Assembly (NCBI RefSeq): GCF_009914755.1 | Contig: NC_060934.1 | Reading direction: 5' to 3' (one strand) | DNA from: the human T2T-CHM13v2.0 reference genome, Homo sapiens | DNA length: 64,000 nt | In this document: in pieces, positions 52,800 through 64,000 of the stretch | How the letters are laid out: every line of letters begins with the position of its first letter | How positions within the stretch are numbered: position 1 is the first letter of the stretch | Notes under the pieces: generated by a model | What the model was told of the DNA's origin: nothing | The model's database searches: none | What the model saw: the letters and a program-made list of their open reading frames with translations, nothing else | Made by a program: the position numbers and the translations under genes

Positions 52800-53500
52800 T
52801 ATTGAAACAACTTTTTTTTCTGGGTGTAAAACTCATACCTATTCATTAAAAATTAGATAATATAAGTAATACAATGTAAATTCATTTCCTATCCTTCTAT
52901 GTATGTATATGAATGTACATTACAAAAATAGGTAATATTATAGATAACTTTTTTAATCTTATAACTATATTTAGGAACATCTTTTTACATTAATAAGTTC
53001 TCTTATCATCAGTTTTAATAATTGTATAGCATGGTAATGTTTTACCATTCTATTGTTGAACATTTATGTTATCCAATATTTATTCATTTGTTAAATCCTC
53101 AATAAACACATATTTGGATGCACTGAGTTAATTACAGAAGAATTGCTAGATGAAAGCAAATGCACCTTACTTCAGGTTTTGATTGACATCCCTAACCTGA
53201 CTTCCATAGGGTTATGATTGTGTATGTTCATTCAAGAGTATGAGGGCTTAATTTACCACACACTTACTAATATGTACTCTAAAAGTATTTTGCCAATTAG
53301 ATAAAATTGGTATTTTATTGTTATTTTCATTTGCATTTTTGAGAACTAATGAGAATGAAATTATTCTCAAATGTTATTGGCAATTTATATTTGTGCAATA
53401 CGTTTTTGGTCTTGTGTTCATTTTTTAAATCATATTTATATTTCTACTATGGATATGTAAACTATTATTAAACATTAAAAATATTAGCTGTTAAATTATT
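52800..53500 (-). mobile_element. Very old L1ME-like remnant
   Basis: CCATTCTATTGTTGAACATTTATGTTATCCAAT...GAATTGCTAGATGAAAG...TTTGCCAATTAGATAAAATTGGTATTTTATTGTT. Confidence 0.5.
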
Positions 53501-53508
53501 ATGTGTCG

Positions 53509-53802
53509 GGCCAGGCGTGGTGGTTCACACCTGTAATCCCAGCACTTTGGGAGGCAGAGGCAGGCAGATCACGAAGTCAGGAGTTCAAGATCAGCCTGGC
53601 CAATATGGTGAAACCCCGCCTCTACTAAAAAAATACAAAACTTAGCCATGTGTGGTGGCGGGAGCCTGTAGTCCTAGCTACTCAGGAGGCTGAGGCAGGA
53701 GAATCTCTGGAACCCAGGAGGCAAAGGTTGCAGTGAGCCAAGATCGCGCCACTGCACTCCATCCTGGGTGACAAAGTGATACTCCATCTCAAAAAAAAAA
53801 AA
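53509..53802 (+). mobile_element. Full-length Alu (AluSg-like)
   Basis: GATCACGAAGTCAGGAGTTCAAG variant; TSD ATTATGTGT(C/T)G starting at 53498 and 53803. Confidence 0.93.
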
Positions 53803-54039
53803 ATTATGTGTTGCAATTAATTTTGTCAGCTGCCCTGTTTTAAAGTTTTGATTTATGGTAGCTTCAAATTTCATATTTAGCCAAATTAACTAATCTTTTA
53901 AAAATGCCTTATGTTTGAAATGCACCTTATAGTTTATAAATAACTCTTACAGTGATCTTAAATAATTCATACAAGTTGGATTGAATTATGGTTTTTAAAA
54001 TGCTATGTGGCCTATCAAGGCTATATAGACATAATTTTT

Positions 54040-54539
54040 AATTTTTTAAATTTTTTGTTTAATTTTAATTTTTTTAAATTTAGAAGTTGAAATTTTAAAA
54101 TAGATTTAGGCGATACAAGTGCAGTTGACTTACATGAATATATTGCATAGTGGTAAAGTCTGGACTTTCAGTGTACCCATTACCTGAAGAGTGTACATTG
54201 TACCCAATAGGTAGTATTTCTTCCATCAGCACCTCTTCCACCCTTCTGCCTTTTGGCATCTCCAATGTCTATTATTCCATCTGTATGTCTATGTGTACCC
54301 ATTATTTAGCTCCCTCTTGCAAGTGAGAACATGTGGTACTTGGCTTTCTGTTTCTGAGTTATTTCACTTAGGATAATGGCCTCCAGTTGCAACCATGTTG
54401 CTGCAAAAGACATAATTTCATTCTTTTTTATGGCTGAGTAGTATTCCATAATATGTATGGAATATCATATATATATACGTGTGTGCGTACACAATCACAT
54501 TTTTACACACATTTTCTTTATCCAGTATGTATGGAATAC

Positions 54540-54573
<34 letters not shown>

Positions 54574-55095
54574 TGCACTTTCTATAAAGTGTGTATATAC
54601 ATATAAAGTATATATATAAGTGTGTGTATATATATATATACACATACATTATATAAAATCACATTTTCTTTATCCAATCATGCATGGATGGACACTTAGG
54701 TTGATTCCATATCTTTGCTATTTTGAATACTGCAGCAATGAACACACAACTGCAGGTGTCTCTTTGATATACTTATTTATTTTATTTTGGGGATATACCC
54801 AGTAGTGGGATTGCTGTATCAAACAGTAGATGTATTTTTACTTCTTTGAAACATCTCCATACTGTTTTCTGTAGAGGTTCTACTCATTTACATTCCCACC
54901 CACAGTACACAAGTGTTCCCTTTTCTTGGCATCCTCACCAACATCCGTTATTTTTTTACTTTTTCATGATAGCCATTCTGACTGATGTAAGATGACATCT
55001 CATCTTGGTTTTAATTTGCATTGCTCTGATGATTAGTGATGTCAAGCATTTTGTCATGTGTTTCTTGGCCACTCATACGTCTTCTTTTGAAAAAA
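54040..55095 (-). mobile_element. 5'-truncated L1PB (L1PB3/4-like)
   Basis: TACAAGTGCAGTT...ATATTGCATAGTGGTAAAGTCTGGACTTTCAGTGTACCC 3' end; near-TSD TA(G/C)ACA(T/C)AATTTTT at 54026-54039 and 55096-55109. Confidence 0.88.
54445..54676. repeat. (TA)n/(CA)n low-complexity expansion with local duplication inside L1PB
   Basis: (TA)n runs; CACATTTTCTTTATCCA and TATGTATGGAATA each present twice. Confidence 0.85.
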
Positions 55096-55688
55096 TACAC
55101 ACAATTTTTGGTGAGAAGATTTGAACTGGAGCCCAGGGCTAGACTGAGCTTCCTCCAGTCTGGTTGACTTGTTCCTCTAGGGTGCTTGGTCACCAGTTGA
55201 ATGACTTAACTCTGACTCTTTCCCCCCCTTGCTTAATGTTTTATTTCCATGTCTTTATTTCTCTTTAGCCTTAAAATAAAGGAAATACTAGCTTCTCAAC
55301 CTATTTTATAGGGCATTATGGTCATCAAAAAAGTAATGTATTGAAAAATACAAAATACTCTCACAGATATATTATTATTTATTCCTTTTTTGAAAATAAG
55401 AACTAATTTCTCAATTCTAAGAATAAATTACTTAATTTTTTTAAAATGTCTTGGGGAAGAAAATATTTTAAAATGCTAATTAGAATTGCATATAGACACT
55501 TTCACCTAAAATCTAATATAGAAACAATAAATATAATATTTGATAGATAAAATATATATATTTAAAAATCATAAGTAAAAGTTGTTGAGCATAACAAATT
55601 TAATTCTTTACCTTTTACAAAACCCCAAAGAATTGAGATTATTCTTTCTAGGCATAAATTCTAACCATACTAATGTGGAAATTTACAG

Positions 55689-55802
55689 GGTAAAGGTCAT
55701 TTAGGTTTTAAGAGTTTGGGTTTATTGTTCGTTTTCTCCTTATAAGGTAAAATTCATTTGGGTTTTAAGAGTTTGGATGTATTGTTAGTTTTTGTCTTCA
55801 GT
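55689..55802. repeat. Two-copy 57-bp tandem duplication
   Basis: GGTAAA..TCATTT.GGTTTTAAGAGTTTGG...TATTGTT.GTTTT at 55689 and 55746. Confidence 0.9.
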
Positions 55803-56179
55803 ATGTTAAAGAAATGGGTATTTTTTGAAATGTGCCTTTGTATATGAAGATTATAATTAAAGATTTCTAATGTAGATATATTCATACACAGGTATATCTA
55901 TGTGTGAGTATTTGTTGTATGCAATTATAATAAATACATTGTGGCAAGATCATTTTTCATTTTATTTTATCGATATTTTACAGGTTTCTGCTCATTCTAT
56001 TTGAGTTAGAAACCATGAAAAATATATTTTAATATATCTAAATGTTAGTAGAATGACAAAATGCAAAGACAGAAGCATTTGCATGTAGTTATGTTTTTGT
56101 CAACTCTTTAATGAAAAGAGATTGGTCAGCACCATTGTCTCTTGGGGAGAATATATTTTTAAAATAACATGAAGTGTCA

Positions 56180-56275
56180 ATTAGCTTAATTGTAACCATT
56201 TCATGATGTATGTGTATATCAAATCATTATATTGTACATCTTAAATACAAATATATATTTATGTGTAATAAAACA
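56180..56275 (+). mobile_element. Old L1 (L1MA/MB) extreme 3' end
   Basis: TTAGCTTAATTGTAACCATTTCATGATGTATGTGTATATCAAATCATTATATTGTACATCTTAAATA. Confidence 0.7.
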
Positions 56276-57464
56276 GGCACCTCTTTTTAAAAATGATTTT
56301 TTTAAACATTTCATGGTCCCACTTACAATCAGAATGGAAAATGCTGAAAGCATAGTGGAAAATATTTGAGGGATACTTTATAGTCGGAACTGTGAAGAAA
56401 ACCCCAGGATTTCATTGTGGGAAACCAGCTCTGCTTTGCAGATTTAAGCAGCTAAAATAATTGTGACAACTCTGTAGTAAGCATCCCTGTGTTTCAGAGT
56501 TTGTTGGAAATGAGCCTCCTCCTCCCAGCTTGGGTCTGCTGGAGGAACTCCTTCCTCTGGTTTGCAGAGCCATAGCCCATGGGGCTGGATACCATTAGCT
56601 GTACCCAGGGTAAGAAGTTGGAATACTTGAGGGAACCTCATCAGATTTCTTTCAGTGTACACTCAGTCTCACACAAGCCTTTTTAGATAACTGCATGTGA
56701 AAATTCAGACCCTTGGAGTAAGGCACTTGTTCTTTCTTGCTCAGCTGTTCGCCCACAGCACCACCGAACTGCACAGACAGATTTGCCTGCCCTTTGGACT
56801 GGGATAATTGATCCAAGTTAATAATGCTCATGGCCCAAGCTTCTAATATTTCACAATAGTGAATTTTTTTCTCTTTAGTGATCTTTTGGTATACCAGTCC
56901 ACAATTCCAGCAGATACAAAAATGTAACTAGAAGAAAATAAACAGCAGGATTTGAAAAAGGATATCAGGTCCTCTCAGTGAGAGAAAAAATACACATAAG
57001 AAAAAACTGAGAAGAGAAATGAGGACATCAGTTAAAAAAACTATTTGAGGCCTGTAGAGGAAAACACAAGCTAGTTGATTATTTTAAAAAATCTGAGTAA
57101 ATAATGTTAGTCAAAAGGGTTAATAGGAGGTGGATAAATCTTTACAAATATAAAAGGAAGAATATGTACTATGAAGGAATGCTAGCACCACTTAGCAATT
57201 TCAGAGTGCTTTCATCTTCAAAGAAACTTGCATGTTAACTAATTAATCCTTCCAACACCCTTGTGACGTAGACATGACAAACAAGGACAGAAGCCAGCCT
57301 GAAATGACTAACCTACCAAACTCACTGGTTGAGGAAGAATTATGAAAGCATGACAATTTCTAGTGAGAAGGATCCTGTCTATTAATGATAGGGATTTTAT
57401 AGTTGTAATTTGGTTTACTTAGGTGCTTTCTGTTTATTAAAACCAAGCAGCAGCAGGATATTAT

Positions 57465-57494
57465 ATGTGTGTGCACGTGTGTGTGTGTGTGTGT
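57465..57494. repeat. (TG)n microsatellite
   Basis: Direct reading. Confidence 0.9.
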
Positions 57495-59390
57495 ACTTCT
57501 AAAACTTGTTTAGAGAAATACAAAGCCAATAGTAAGATATTAAGTAAATAACTGATCCATCTTGAGCTCAGTTAATTCTATACTAATGTGAAATTCTCAA
57601 GTAACGCAAACATAAACCATCAGTATTAGCAGCAGTTAGGTAGTTGTTTCATATGACAATAATTGATGCATGTAGATGAGAAGTACCAACTATAAATTTC
57701 AATGGGGTAAAGGAAATAACACTTATTGGAAGCTTATTGTCTGTCCAATCCTATGACATGAAGTTTATATATTCTTTCTTAGTCATTTGAACACCAAGAC
57801 AAGTATTCAAGGCCAGGTGAAATGAGAGGTCTGAAAATTTTTTAAGTTCTTAATTGCCAAGCTTTTATTTTGGAAACTTATCACTGAGGTTCTAGCTGAC
57901 TACAAATGCCATCAGGATTGTAATAAACTTCTTCTACCTCTTCCAACATTCTGACCTCATTCTCAGTGGTAGGAGAGAACCTCATTCCTATTTGTCTTCC
58001 ATAATGACTAGTGATAAAACTTGAGTTAATTGGAAGTAGCTTAAAGAGAGCCAAGGTGCCTAGAGACTCTGGCTTTATAACTGGAAATATTTATAGGTAA
58101 CTGTACTCCCCAAAAGGATCTATATAATAATCATTTCTGGTAAAAAAGGAGAGAAAGAAATAATTCCCCCTGTGTAAGCTCTTGTAAAATACCTCTAAAA
58201 TCTTTATGTTATCTCTGCCCTTGCGAGTATAGAAATAGCCCATTTTAATTCATTTAAAAATAATTTAATATTAATTAATGGAGTTTTGGTCTCTTTTAAA
58301 GGTACTAATTTTCTTCAAGAAAGGTGATTTTAAAATATCTATTTTATACAATATATCTTTTACAAAAACCTGGGTAATGCTATCTATTAATAGAAACATC
58401 TATCAATATACGTTAATAAAATTATTATAAAATAAAAGTAGGTGGTTAATACTTATAAAATTACAGATTAGCTAATTTTCTTAGTTTTCATCAGCTAGAA
58501 AATAAATTCTATAGTTTTAACATTTAATTAAATATAGAAAATTACGTTTTAGTCATCTTATTTGTTTCATCTACAAATGTTCCCCATCCTACCTCCAATA
58601 TATATGCCTTTTTCTTACAATTTGGTTTTAGTTTTAAATCTTAGTAATTGATGCCTGTAGCTAGTTTTTTAAAGACCCCAATCTGTTTCCCTTTCTCTGC
58701 CTGTCTGTGTGGTACTGTGACACTTGTCTACTATTCCCCTACTGTGAAACCAACATATCTTTCCCCAGACTCGCAGAAAAAATAGCATGAGCTCCTGACC
58801 ACTCTGGGATGATAACGGCAGTGCTGTGCTGTTGGCATGCTGAGGTGATGGTAGCAGGGAGTCACCTTACTCACTTGGGGTAGCAGCCATTCCATCTCAG
58901 CTTAACAGGGAGAACAGCAGTGAGTCTCACTGATTAGAAACCTGCTAACATATGCATCACCCTTGGTTTCCTTTCCTTTAGGATAATCCTCATTGTGGAT
59001 ATATTTAGCCTTATTGTGTTGCCTTAAAATTGCTACTAAGACCTTTGATATGGTATTGAGCTACAAATGATAAATGACTAAATATTTCCAAAAAGAAACT
59101 TGGCTGCCTTTTCTGCACCACTGCTACAAGATTTTCCTTCCAACATATTAAGAGCACAGAGTGCAATTGGATTGAGCTCTCACCCTTAACCTTTTCTGCA
59201 TTGGCTCCACAATATTATGAGTTTGCGTCTTTTCCTTTCCTCTCTCTTTTCTCCCGGTCTTTCCTTCCCCAAAAATAAGCATGGATTTTCATCTCAGTCC
59301 ATAATCTCCTTAACATTGTGTCTAGGTAACTAAGGTCATGTCTATTATTACCCCCAAATTTTAAATACAGTGCAAACTTGAAGACAATAT

Positions 59391-59520
59391 TCATTCAGTC
59401 ATTCAATTGAACAGTTTGTTGAGTGCCTACTATATGCCAGTCACAGTTTCAGGCATTAATGTAACAACAGGGAATAAGAAAAACGTCCTGCCCTGATGGA
59501 GTTAAGAGTCACTGGAGAGG
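59391..59520 (-). mobile_element. L2 3' end
   Basis: TCATTCAGTCATTCAA...TTGAGTGCCTACTATATGCCAG...TCCTGCCCTGATGGAGTT, reverse L2 terminus. Confidence 0.8.
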
Positions 59521-59599
59521 CCAACACTGGAGTACTCTTAATGAACAGCTGTCCATTTCTATTGGCTCACAAAATCCAATCCATCTACTAGATTCCAAT

Positions 59600-61130
59600 C
59601 ACTCAGATACTTTCTGTTGTTTTTAATTTCTTCCTGCATTTTTGTGTTGCTACCTGAGATCATTTTCCTTCTGCCATGTCAAATCCATCATACAGCATGG
59701 TGACCATAGTTCGTGACGATATATTGTATTCTTGAAAAATGCCGAGAAAGTGGATGTTAAGTGTTGTTGCCAAAAAATGATAACTACGTGAGGCAATGCA
59801 TTTGTTAATTAGCTAAATTTAACCATGCCACAATGTATATGTACTTCAAAACATCATGTTGTATACAATAAATACATGCAATTTTATATGTCGATTTTAA
59901 AAATAAATAAATTTGGAAAAAAAGAATTTCTTTTTTGTGTATTCTTGTCTGCTGGCAACAAATTGTCTCAGTTTTTGTATGGATGGTAATACCTATTTCT
60001 CTTTCACTTTTGAGGAATATTTTCTCTAGGTATAGAATTATAGGTTGGCTGTTTTTTTCTTTCAGCACTTTAAAGATGTCACCCCTTGTCTTCTTGATTT
60101 CATCATTTCTATTAAGACATCAGCTGTAAATCTTCATTGCTTCTTTAGATAATGTTTTTCTTTAGACTTTTTTAATATTTTCTTTTGTCCCTAGTTTCAG
60201 AAGAATTTCTATAATTCGACTAGAGGTGTGGGCATGTGTGTGTGTGTGCACATACGTATGTGTGTTTTATCCTCCTGATGATCTGCAGTTTTTCTAAGAT
60301 TTGCATCTTGATTTGATTTTTTGGCCATATTTTGAAAACCACTATCTTGTCCAATATTTTCTCTGCCTTGTTCTCTCTCCATTCTTCTGAGACTTGAATT
60401 ATATATAAGTTGCAATTTTTCTCCATGTCTCATATACACATATTGTATATCTCATACACATATGTATATGTATACTTCTATAATCTGTACATATATCCAT
60501 GCATATTTTTCCTGTATTACTTTATCCCTTTATTTTGGTTTCTATGCTTCAGCCTGTATTTTTCTCCTGAATAGCTCTCTAATTCTTTTGTTGTATCAAT
60601 CTGCTGTTAAACTTGTCTATCAAGTCTAAATTTCAGTGTGTCACATTTTCAACTCTAGAACTTTTATTTCATTCTTTTTAATAGATACCAATTCTCTAGT
60701 AAAATGTTCTATTATGTCATCTACTTCTGGAAAAATATTAAATACAGCTGTTTTAAAGCCCATCTCTAATCACTTCAATAACTTGGTTAAATCGAGGGTT
60801 TGTTTCTACTGCTTTTCCTTGGTCACAGTTCATGGCATGCCTAGTAAATTTTTATTGAATGACAGACATTTTGCAGACTCTGGATGATATATTTTTTTCA
60901 AGAGCATTTACCCTGGCCTGTATTAGAAACAGTGTTGCATCAGATGATATGAATCTGATCAGGGAGTGCAACTCAATGCTGGTTGCAATTACTGTATGGC
61001 TGTCTACCTCTGGTTGTCCCATACTCCTAGGGTGTAGACTTCTAGGATTCCCACTGAGATCCTGAAGTATTTGCTAGAATCCCTCTTCACTGATATTCCC
61101 AGGCTCTAATTTCCATATCTTTAGCATGGT
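59600..61130 (-). mobile_element. Old L1M 5'/ORF1-region remnant
   Basis: ORF 59805-60068 begins with ORF1p-like LKEKNSQPIILYLEKIFLKSEREI; T-rich strand; interrupted by an L1MA 3' end. Confidence 0.6.
59680..59923 (+). mobile_element. L1MA (L1MA6-8-like) 3' end
   Basis: ACAGCATGGTGACCATAGTT...ATTGTATTCTTGAAAAATGC...GTGAGGCAATGCATTTGTTAATTAGCT...AAAACATCATGTTGTA plus A-tail. Confidence 0.85.
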
Positions 61131-61189
61131 CTGTTTAGTCAGTAGAGAATAAAAATACACTAAGCTTTAAAAAAAAAATGCTTTTACCC

Positions 61190-61620
61190 TTGGGAGTGTC
61201 ATGATCAGGACTATATATGGAGGAGATTTAGGGAGCTCAAATAGGAGGTTATAGTAATAGTCTGGATATGAGTTAATGAAGGCTGCTGATACAGGAAGTT
61301 GGAAACAGGAATGTACATGAAGAGACAGATAGGGAACCTCTTATGGAAGAAGAGAGGGTGAGTAAACTAGTTGACTATGTGAAGGTTGATGTGTCAAAGT
61401 TTTTGAGCCTAGGGAGCTGAGATATGTTCCGTGGACAACTGGAAAAATGAGATTTTAACTTAGAAGATATTTTAGAGATGGAAATACACATTTGGGAGTA
61501 ATACATAGGAGAAGATGTAAGAGTTTGAGGTGGATGAGAGCATTGCTTGAGAACACATAGAACAAGAACAGAGAAGTATAGAAGGACAGGATCATAGGAA
61601 TCATATGCATTTTGGGGTGA
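61190..61620 (-). mobile_element. Ancient L2 remnant
   Basis: Purine-rich AGGAGGTTATAGTAATAGTCTGG...CACATTTGGGAGTAATAC, reverse-L2-like. Confidence 0.45.
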
Positions 61621-62855
61621 ATCTGATGACAGACAACTCCTTTTTTCACTTAACCAATGTGTGCCCCCTAATATAGAAGGCACAATTCCAGCAAAGGAAA
61701 ATACCTTGAATTTAAATATAGACAGTATTTAGTATCACAAGGGAGCGGAGATGAAATAAAACATGAAATAATTTCTTGATTTCTACACCAGGCAAACCAA
61801 AAATTCTATCAGCGCTGTGTATAGGGACAATCAGTTCTCTAGTACTAATGAAAGATTTGGTTAACTCTATTCTTTTTAGAACTCTTTAGCATTTTGAGGA
61901 CTGAAATTACAAAACAACTTGTTGAAAAGTGTATATGGCATTCTTAAATCCAGGAGAGGCATGAGTAGAGCAATGGGAATGTGTCAGTGTTGAAAGTAAA
62001 TATACTTTGTGTCAAAATGCACTGTGGGGCCAGTGGTATGTGATAAGATACGGAAGCTTGCTTTGGAACTCTCCTTGCAAGTACTGGGACTGGGGTTTTA
62101 ATAATATAAAAATTCTTGGGGCTTTCTGACAAGGAATGCTTGAAAGCATACATCACTGCAGCAGGCTTATCAGTCCACTTCTAGGACAAACCCAGAAAGA
62201 ATTTTCCTGTATTAGTCTTCAGGCATTACATTTGCCTCAGCTGTCAGTTACATTTGCTGAAATAAACCAACCTTAGTGATCTTTGCAACATGTAGTAGTT
62301 TTAACAGCACATTGGAATTGAAAGGAACCCATGATTTGAATAAAAAATAGTAAATTTGGCTGGGTGTTTCTGTCATTTTTCAGAGTTCTATAACTGACAC
62401 TGATAGGAAATATTTTTAGAAAAAACAAAATCAAACAGTGGAGTACTATGTCCTTGAAATATACACTTTGTGACTCTCTATGCACTGTGAAAGTAAACAT
62501 GTATGTTTCTATATAGTTTTAATCCCTTGATAAGAGCGTAGATTTGTGGATGTTTAACTTAACAGCTGTGCCAATAAAACCCAGCCTGATACAGTCTTTA
62601 TATGCCTGCTATATTTGAAGATATTGTTTAGAAATTTTTTACAGACCTTCTTCTCTTCACTATTCTTCACACCTCCATTTAGCTCCCTTCAGTGGCTGTG
62701 TATGTTCTTTTGAATTACAGACATGGAAGGAGAAAAAAAAAAGCTACTACATTTTCTGCTAACTGAAATGACATTCAGCAATGCAAGCAATAGTCACCTT
62801 TTTGTTTTTGTTTTTGTGATCACAGATTGGCAGGTTGGTACCAACCCATCTAGAG

Positions 62856-63025
62856 CAGTGATTCTCACCTTGGCAGCACTTTGGTGTTGCCAGGAAGCTT
62901 TAAAAAGGAGAGAGGCCTGGGTCCTATTCAGGGGTTCTAGCTTCATTAGTTTGAGCTGAATCCGGGACATAGGGATTCTTAAAAACTCCCTGGATAGTTA
63001 TAAAATACAACCTAGAAGAAACCTT
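62856..63025. mobile_element. MER5A-like hAT MITE
   Basis: CTAGAGCAGTGATTCTCACCTTGGCAGCAC...CAGGAAGCTTTAAAAA...GCCTGGGTCC...TTAAAAACTCCCTGG. Confidence 0.65.
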
Positions 63026-63221
63026 AAGAAACTCAATTCCCCAAAGTAACTCTTAGAATTAACTACATAGAAAACCCTGCCTGGATTTTCATCTCATAAA
63101 TAATACTTAATCTTAATGGTTCTAGACATAGAGCCTGGCCATACTTATTCAAATATGAATTCAGTGTGAGTTTGAGAGTGGGAGTGTGAAAAACATGGGC
63201 CTATTTTATATGTGTTACTGG

Positions 63222-63412
63222 TGAGCTTGCCAGATTCAGCAAATAAAAATAGAGAATGCGCAGTTTGATTTGAATTTCAGATAAACATTGAATAATTTTT
63301 TCGTATAAGTATGTCATGTGCAATGCTTAGGACATGCTTGTACTAAAAAAATATTTATTGTGTATCTGAAATTCAAATTTAGCTGGCATCATGCATTTAT
63401 TTGGCAGCTCCA
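63222..63412. mobile_element. MER53 palindromic hAT MITE
   Basis: TTGCCAGATTCAGCAAATAAAAAT...TTTGAATTTCAGATAAAC mirrored by ATCTGAAATTCAAA...TTTGGCAG; 8-bp near-TSD GTTACTGG/ATTACAGG. Confidence 0.9.
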
Positions 63413-64000
63413 ATTACAGGACATGCAGGAAATTTTTACCAGTTCCACTTTAATCAAAGCATTTTACTTGACTTGTAACCAATCACCTATGAAACCATTT
63501 CGTATAGTTCTAATCACAGTGAAGTCACACAGAACAAGCAATCTAGCCCTTGTGGCTGAGACATTTAACCCAATTCACTAAACCTCCCGGCCTACTTTTT
63601 CACTTAAAAATTCACTTTGTCTAAGATATTTATAGAAGAGATCCATTCTAATTTCCTTTACCTCTTGAGTATACAGTTCGTAATTCCTCCAGCAGAGATT
63701 TATCAGCTTTCTAATACAGTTCTGGGGGAAATCCCCAGTGCCGAAGGGGTTCACTTCTCCAACATAAGTTGTCTCAACTATCTTAATCTGTAGACCAATT
63801 TGCTCTACAGCCCCCTACGGAAGGAACTTGTGGATTTTGGCAGTGTTTACCTTTCCTACAAACAAATTCGACATTTTCCAGACCGGCTGGCTCTTAAAAA
63901 TCACTTGAGGGCTGGGGAAAAGCTGCCTCTAGGCTGCTGCAGAATGCTCCCCACTCTGTTCTAGGAAAATCTTTGTGCCCCTCACAGCTGCTCGTGGATA

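Overview
Primate (human/great-ape-type) non-coding genomic DNA. It is AT-rich, has no CpG island, and about half is recognisable interspersed repeat: Alu SINEs (J, S and Y types), L1 LINEs from old L1M up to L1PA2, L2, MIR, ERVL-MaLR/ERVL/ERV1 solo LTRs (THE1, MSTA, MLT1, MLT2, MER52-like) and DNA-transposon MITEs (MER1A, Tigger3b, MER2, MER96B, MER5A, MER53). I find no supportable cellular protein-coding gene, tRNA, rRNA or CRISPR array. The only ORFs with recognisable homology are broken L1 ORF1/ORF2 pieces; the rest look like chance or repeat-derived frames. I cannot support a new biological system here. The best observations are mechanistic: (i) a young L1PA2 fragment that appears to carry a ~39-nt 3' transduction with its own AATAAA and a second A-tail; (ii) a full-length L1PA11-14-like element that splits an L1MC, has a tandem-repeat 5'UTR and was itself hit by an Alu; (iii) several other nested insertions with readable target-site duplications (TSDs); (iv) an intact palindromic MER53 (the miR-1302 source family). 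Subfamily names come from recalled consensus motifs rather than a RepeatMasker/Dfam run, and edges of old repeats are approximate.
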